A stretch of DNA of 16,134 nucleotides from an uncultured bacterium (GTDB taxonomy: Bacteria; Lernaellota; Lernaellaia; Lernaellales; Lernaellaceae): positions 1-16,134 of the forward strand of contig CAZHPN010000145.1 in assembly GCA_964534375.1 (NCBI GenBank), read 5' to 3'. Below, piece after piece: positions 14,248-16,134 of this stretch; within the stretch, counting starts at the first letter, position 1; each line of letters opens with the position of its first letter. Both the position numbers and the translations under genes were made by a program. Under the pieces are notes generated by a model. The model was not told the origin of the DNA and did no database searches. It worked only from the letters and a program-made list of their open reading frames with translations.

Positions 14248-14965
14248 ACTCAGCCTGGTTATTCCCGTTTACAACGAACGGGAGCGGATCGCCGACGGCC
14301 TGCGCCGCATCTTCGCGTACGTCGATGCCGGCGCACGCCCGACGGAAGTGGTGATCGTCGACGACGGCAGCCGCGACGGCACGGCGGACCTGGCGGCGGC
14401 CGAAATCGCCGGCCGGCGCGAGGCGCGGCTGATCCGCCTGCCGGCCAATCGCGGCAAAGGGTTCGCCGTGAAAACCGGCATGCTGGCGGCGACCGGCGCG
14501 GTGCGGCTTTTTACCGATATCGACCTTTCGGTGTCGATCGAAACGGCCGACCCGTTCTGCGAAATGTGCCGTGAAGCAGACGCGGTCATCGGGACGCGCA
14601 AGACGGCCGTCAGCCAGGTGACGGTGCGGCAGCCGCGCCGGCGCGAGATGCTGGGCGAGGTTTTTCGCCAATTCACGTTGCGGTTTTTGACGCCGGGCCT
14701 GACGGACATCACGTGCGGCTTCAAGGCGTTTCGCGCCGCCGCCGCCGAGCGGATCTTCGCCGCCAGCCGGATCGACCGCTGGAGCTTCGACGCGGAGATT
14801 CTCTTTCTGGCGTTGCGTTGGGGCTTGACGGTGCGGGAAATTCCGGTCGAATGGCGCAACAGTCCGGCGTCGAAGGTGCGGTTGTGGGTGGATTTGCCGC
14901 GCAGCGCGGTGGATTTGCTGCGCATTCGCGCGGCCTGGTTGCTAGGGAGGTATCGCGAGGCATGA
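14234..14965 (+). CDS. GT2 glycosyltransferase, dolichyl-phosphate beta-glucosyltransferase (ALG5/DPG-synthase)-like, 243 aa
   Basis: VIPVYNE, VDDGSRDGT, NRGKGFAVKTGMLAATG, FTDIDLS (DxD), IGTR, DITCGFKAF, WSFDAE, EIPVEW; 14-bp overlap with the upstream gene. Confidence 0.85.
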   Translation: MSHIELSLVIPVYNERERIADGLRRIFAYVDAGARPTEVVIVDDGSRDGTADLAAAEIAGRREARLIRLPANRGKGFAVKTGMLAATGAVRLFTDIDLSVSIETADPFCEMCREADAVIGTRKTAVSQVTVRQPRRREMLGEVFRQFTLRFLTPGLTDITCGFKAFRAAAAERIFAASRIDRWSFDAEILFLALRWGLTVREIPVEWRNSPASKVRLWVDLPRSAVDLLRIRAAWLLGRYREA

Positions 14966-15651
14966 AGCGGCTTGTTCTGACGGTGACCTACAACGAACGC
15001 GGCAACATCGGCGCGCTGACCGCCGCCGTGCGCGCGCTCGGCTACGACATGTTGGTGGTCGACGATCGCGGCGCCGACGACACGGCCGGTCTGGTGCGCG
15101 AGTTCGCGGCGGCCGATCCGCAGGTGCATCTGATCGCGCGCGAGGGCAAACTCGGTTACGCCTCGGCTTCGCGCGACGGCCTGCGGTGGGCGCTCGACCA
15201 AGGCTACGAACAGATCGCGCAACTCGACGCCGACGGCAGTCATCCGCCGGCCCTATTGCCGGTGATGTTTCGCGCGCTCGACGAGGCCGACCTGTCGATC
15301 GGCTCGCGGTACGTGCTCGGCGGCCAGATGCCGGGGCTGACCTGGTTTCGCCGGTTGATCTCGCGCCTCGCCGGCGATTACCTGCGCTGGATGCTGCGCC
15401 TGCCGATCGCCGATCCGACCTCCGGCTTCCGCGCCTGGCGGCCGGAGTTCCTCGCGCGCGTGCTGCCCCTGGCCGCGACCAGCGAAGGCTTCGCGTTCCT
15501 GTACGAAATGGCGTTTTACGTGGTGCGCGCGGGCGCCCGCATCCGCGAAATCCCCATGGTCTTCGAAAACCGCCGCGCCGGACAATCGAAGATGTCGCTG
15601 AAGATCGCCCGCGAGGCGTTCGCCATGGCGCGCCGCCTGCGGCGCGTTTGA
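14962..15651 (+). CDS. GT2 glycosyltransferase, polyprenol-monophosphomannose synthase (Ppm1/DPM1)-like, 229 aa
   Basis: ATGA overlap at 14962-14965 with GAGG RBS. TYNERGNI, VVDD, GKLGYASA, QLDADGSHPP, IGSRYVLGG, DPTSGFRAWR, EIPMVFENRRAGQSKMS. The track start at 14713 is too far upstream. Confidence 0.88.
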   Translation: MKRLVLTVTYNERGNIGALTAAVRALGYDMLVVDDRGADDTAGLVREFAAADPQVHLIAREGKLGYASASRDGLRWALDQGYEQIAQLDADGSHPPALLPVMFRALDEADLSIGSRYVLGGQMPGLTWFRRLISRLAGDYLRWMLRLPIADPTSGFRAWRPEFLARVLPLAATSEGFAFLYEMAFYVVRAGARIREIPMVFENRRAGQSKMSLKIAREAFAMARRLRRV

Positions 15652-15679
15652 CGAATATCAGAGAATTCGGATTCTTTTG

Positions 15680-15706
15680 ACAGGGTCAACAGGATCAACG
15701 GGATCG
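15680..15706 (+). repeat. 9-mer tandem repeat, ACAGGATCA-like x3
   Basis: ACAGGGTCA ACAGGATCA ACGGGATCG. Confidence 0.6.
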
Positions 15707-15785
15707 CGCAGGAAATGGGTTTCTCTTGAAAGGATCACGGGATCGAATCGCGAACCTGCCTGCGCGAAGGCCACGGCAGGCAGCC

Positions 15786-15817
15786 CCCGAGTCCCGAGTC
15801 CCGAGTCCCGAATCCCG
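15786..15817 (+). repeat. Heptamer tandem repeat CCCGART, ~4.5 copies
   Basis: CCCGAGT CCCGAGT CCCGAGT CCCGAAT CCCG. Confidence 0.85.
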
Positions 15818-15911
15818 TGTGCGATCTCCAAAATTGGCTTTGTTTCGTAATAACATCTTGCGGCAGCGGAAATCCAGGGACATAAACGCCCGTATACGTT
15901 CGGACCTCACG

Positions 15912-16134
15912 CGGAATCCCGTACCCGGAATCCCGAATCCCGAACCCGGTCCCCGGAACCCGGACCCCGGAACCCGGACCCCGGAACCCGGATCCCGGAC
16001 CCCGAATCCCGAATCCCGAACCCGGTCCCCGGAACCCGGACCCCGGAACCCGGACCCCGGAACCCGGATCCCGGACCCCGAATCCCGAATCCCGAACCCG
16101 GTCCCCGGAACCCGGACCCCGGAACCCGGACCCC
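15912..16134 (+). repeat. CCCG-core heptamer array organised as a 76-bp higher-order tandem repeat (~2.7 copies, truncated by the window end)
   Basis: Unit = CCCGGTC CCCGGAA CCCGGAC CCCGGAA CCCGGAC CCCGGAA CCCGGAT CCCGGAC CCCGAAT CCCGAAT CCCGAA; CCCGGTC recurs at 15945, 16021 and 16097 (period 76). Confidence 0.92.

Noticed and set aside
15912..16134. CRISPR array or Pro-rich coding repeat
   Set aside because: No unique spacers and no cas genes; periods of 7 and 76 are not multiples of three and no start or RBS supports a CDS.

Overview
GC-rich bacterial chromosomal window, mostly housekeeping and cell-envelope genes. In order: a partial minus-strand membrane-anchored hypothetical gene missing from the ORF track; an acyl-CoA carboxylase carboxyltransferase (PccB-type); a C-terminally truncated glmU with intact glmS; a cytoplasmic beta-propeller glycoside-hydrolase-like gene with an M32 carboxypeptidase; a minus-strand block of frameshifted mutY, decayed antitoxin/MazF(PemK) remnants and a class III sirtuin (cobB); a YhfC-family intramembrane protease; and a coupled three-gene operon (DUF2723/TMEM260-like GT-C with TPRs plus two polyprenyl-phosphate sugar synthases) that looks like a protein O-glycosylation module. 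Between yhfC and that operon, a near-consensus sigma70 promoter precedes a ~120-nt ORF-less segment closed by a perfect 14-bp stem (candidate novel sRNA). Several intergenic spacers carry 7-mer and 9-mer tandem repeats, and the window ends in a 76-bp higher-order repeat. No rRNA, tRNA, CRISPR array, transposase or reverse transcriptase was seen. All family calls come from manual motif recognition, not database searches.
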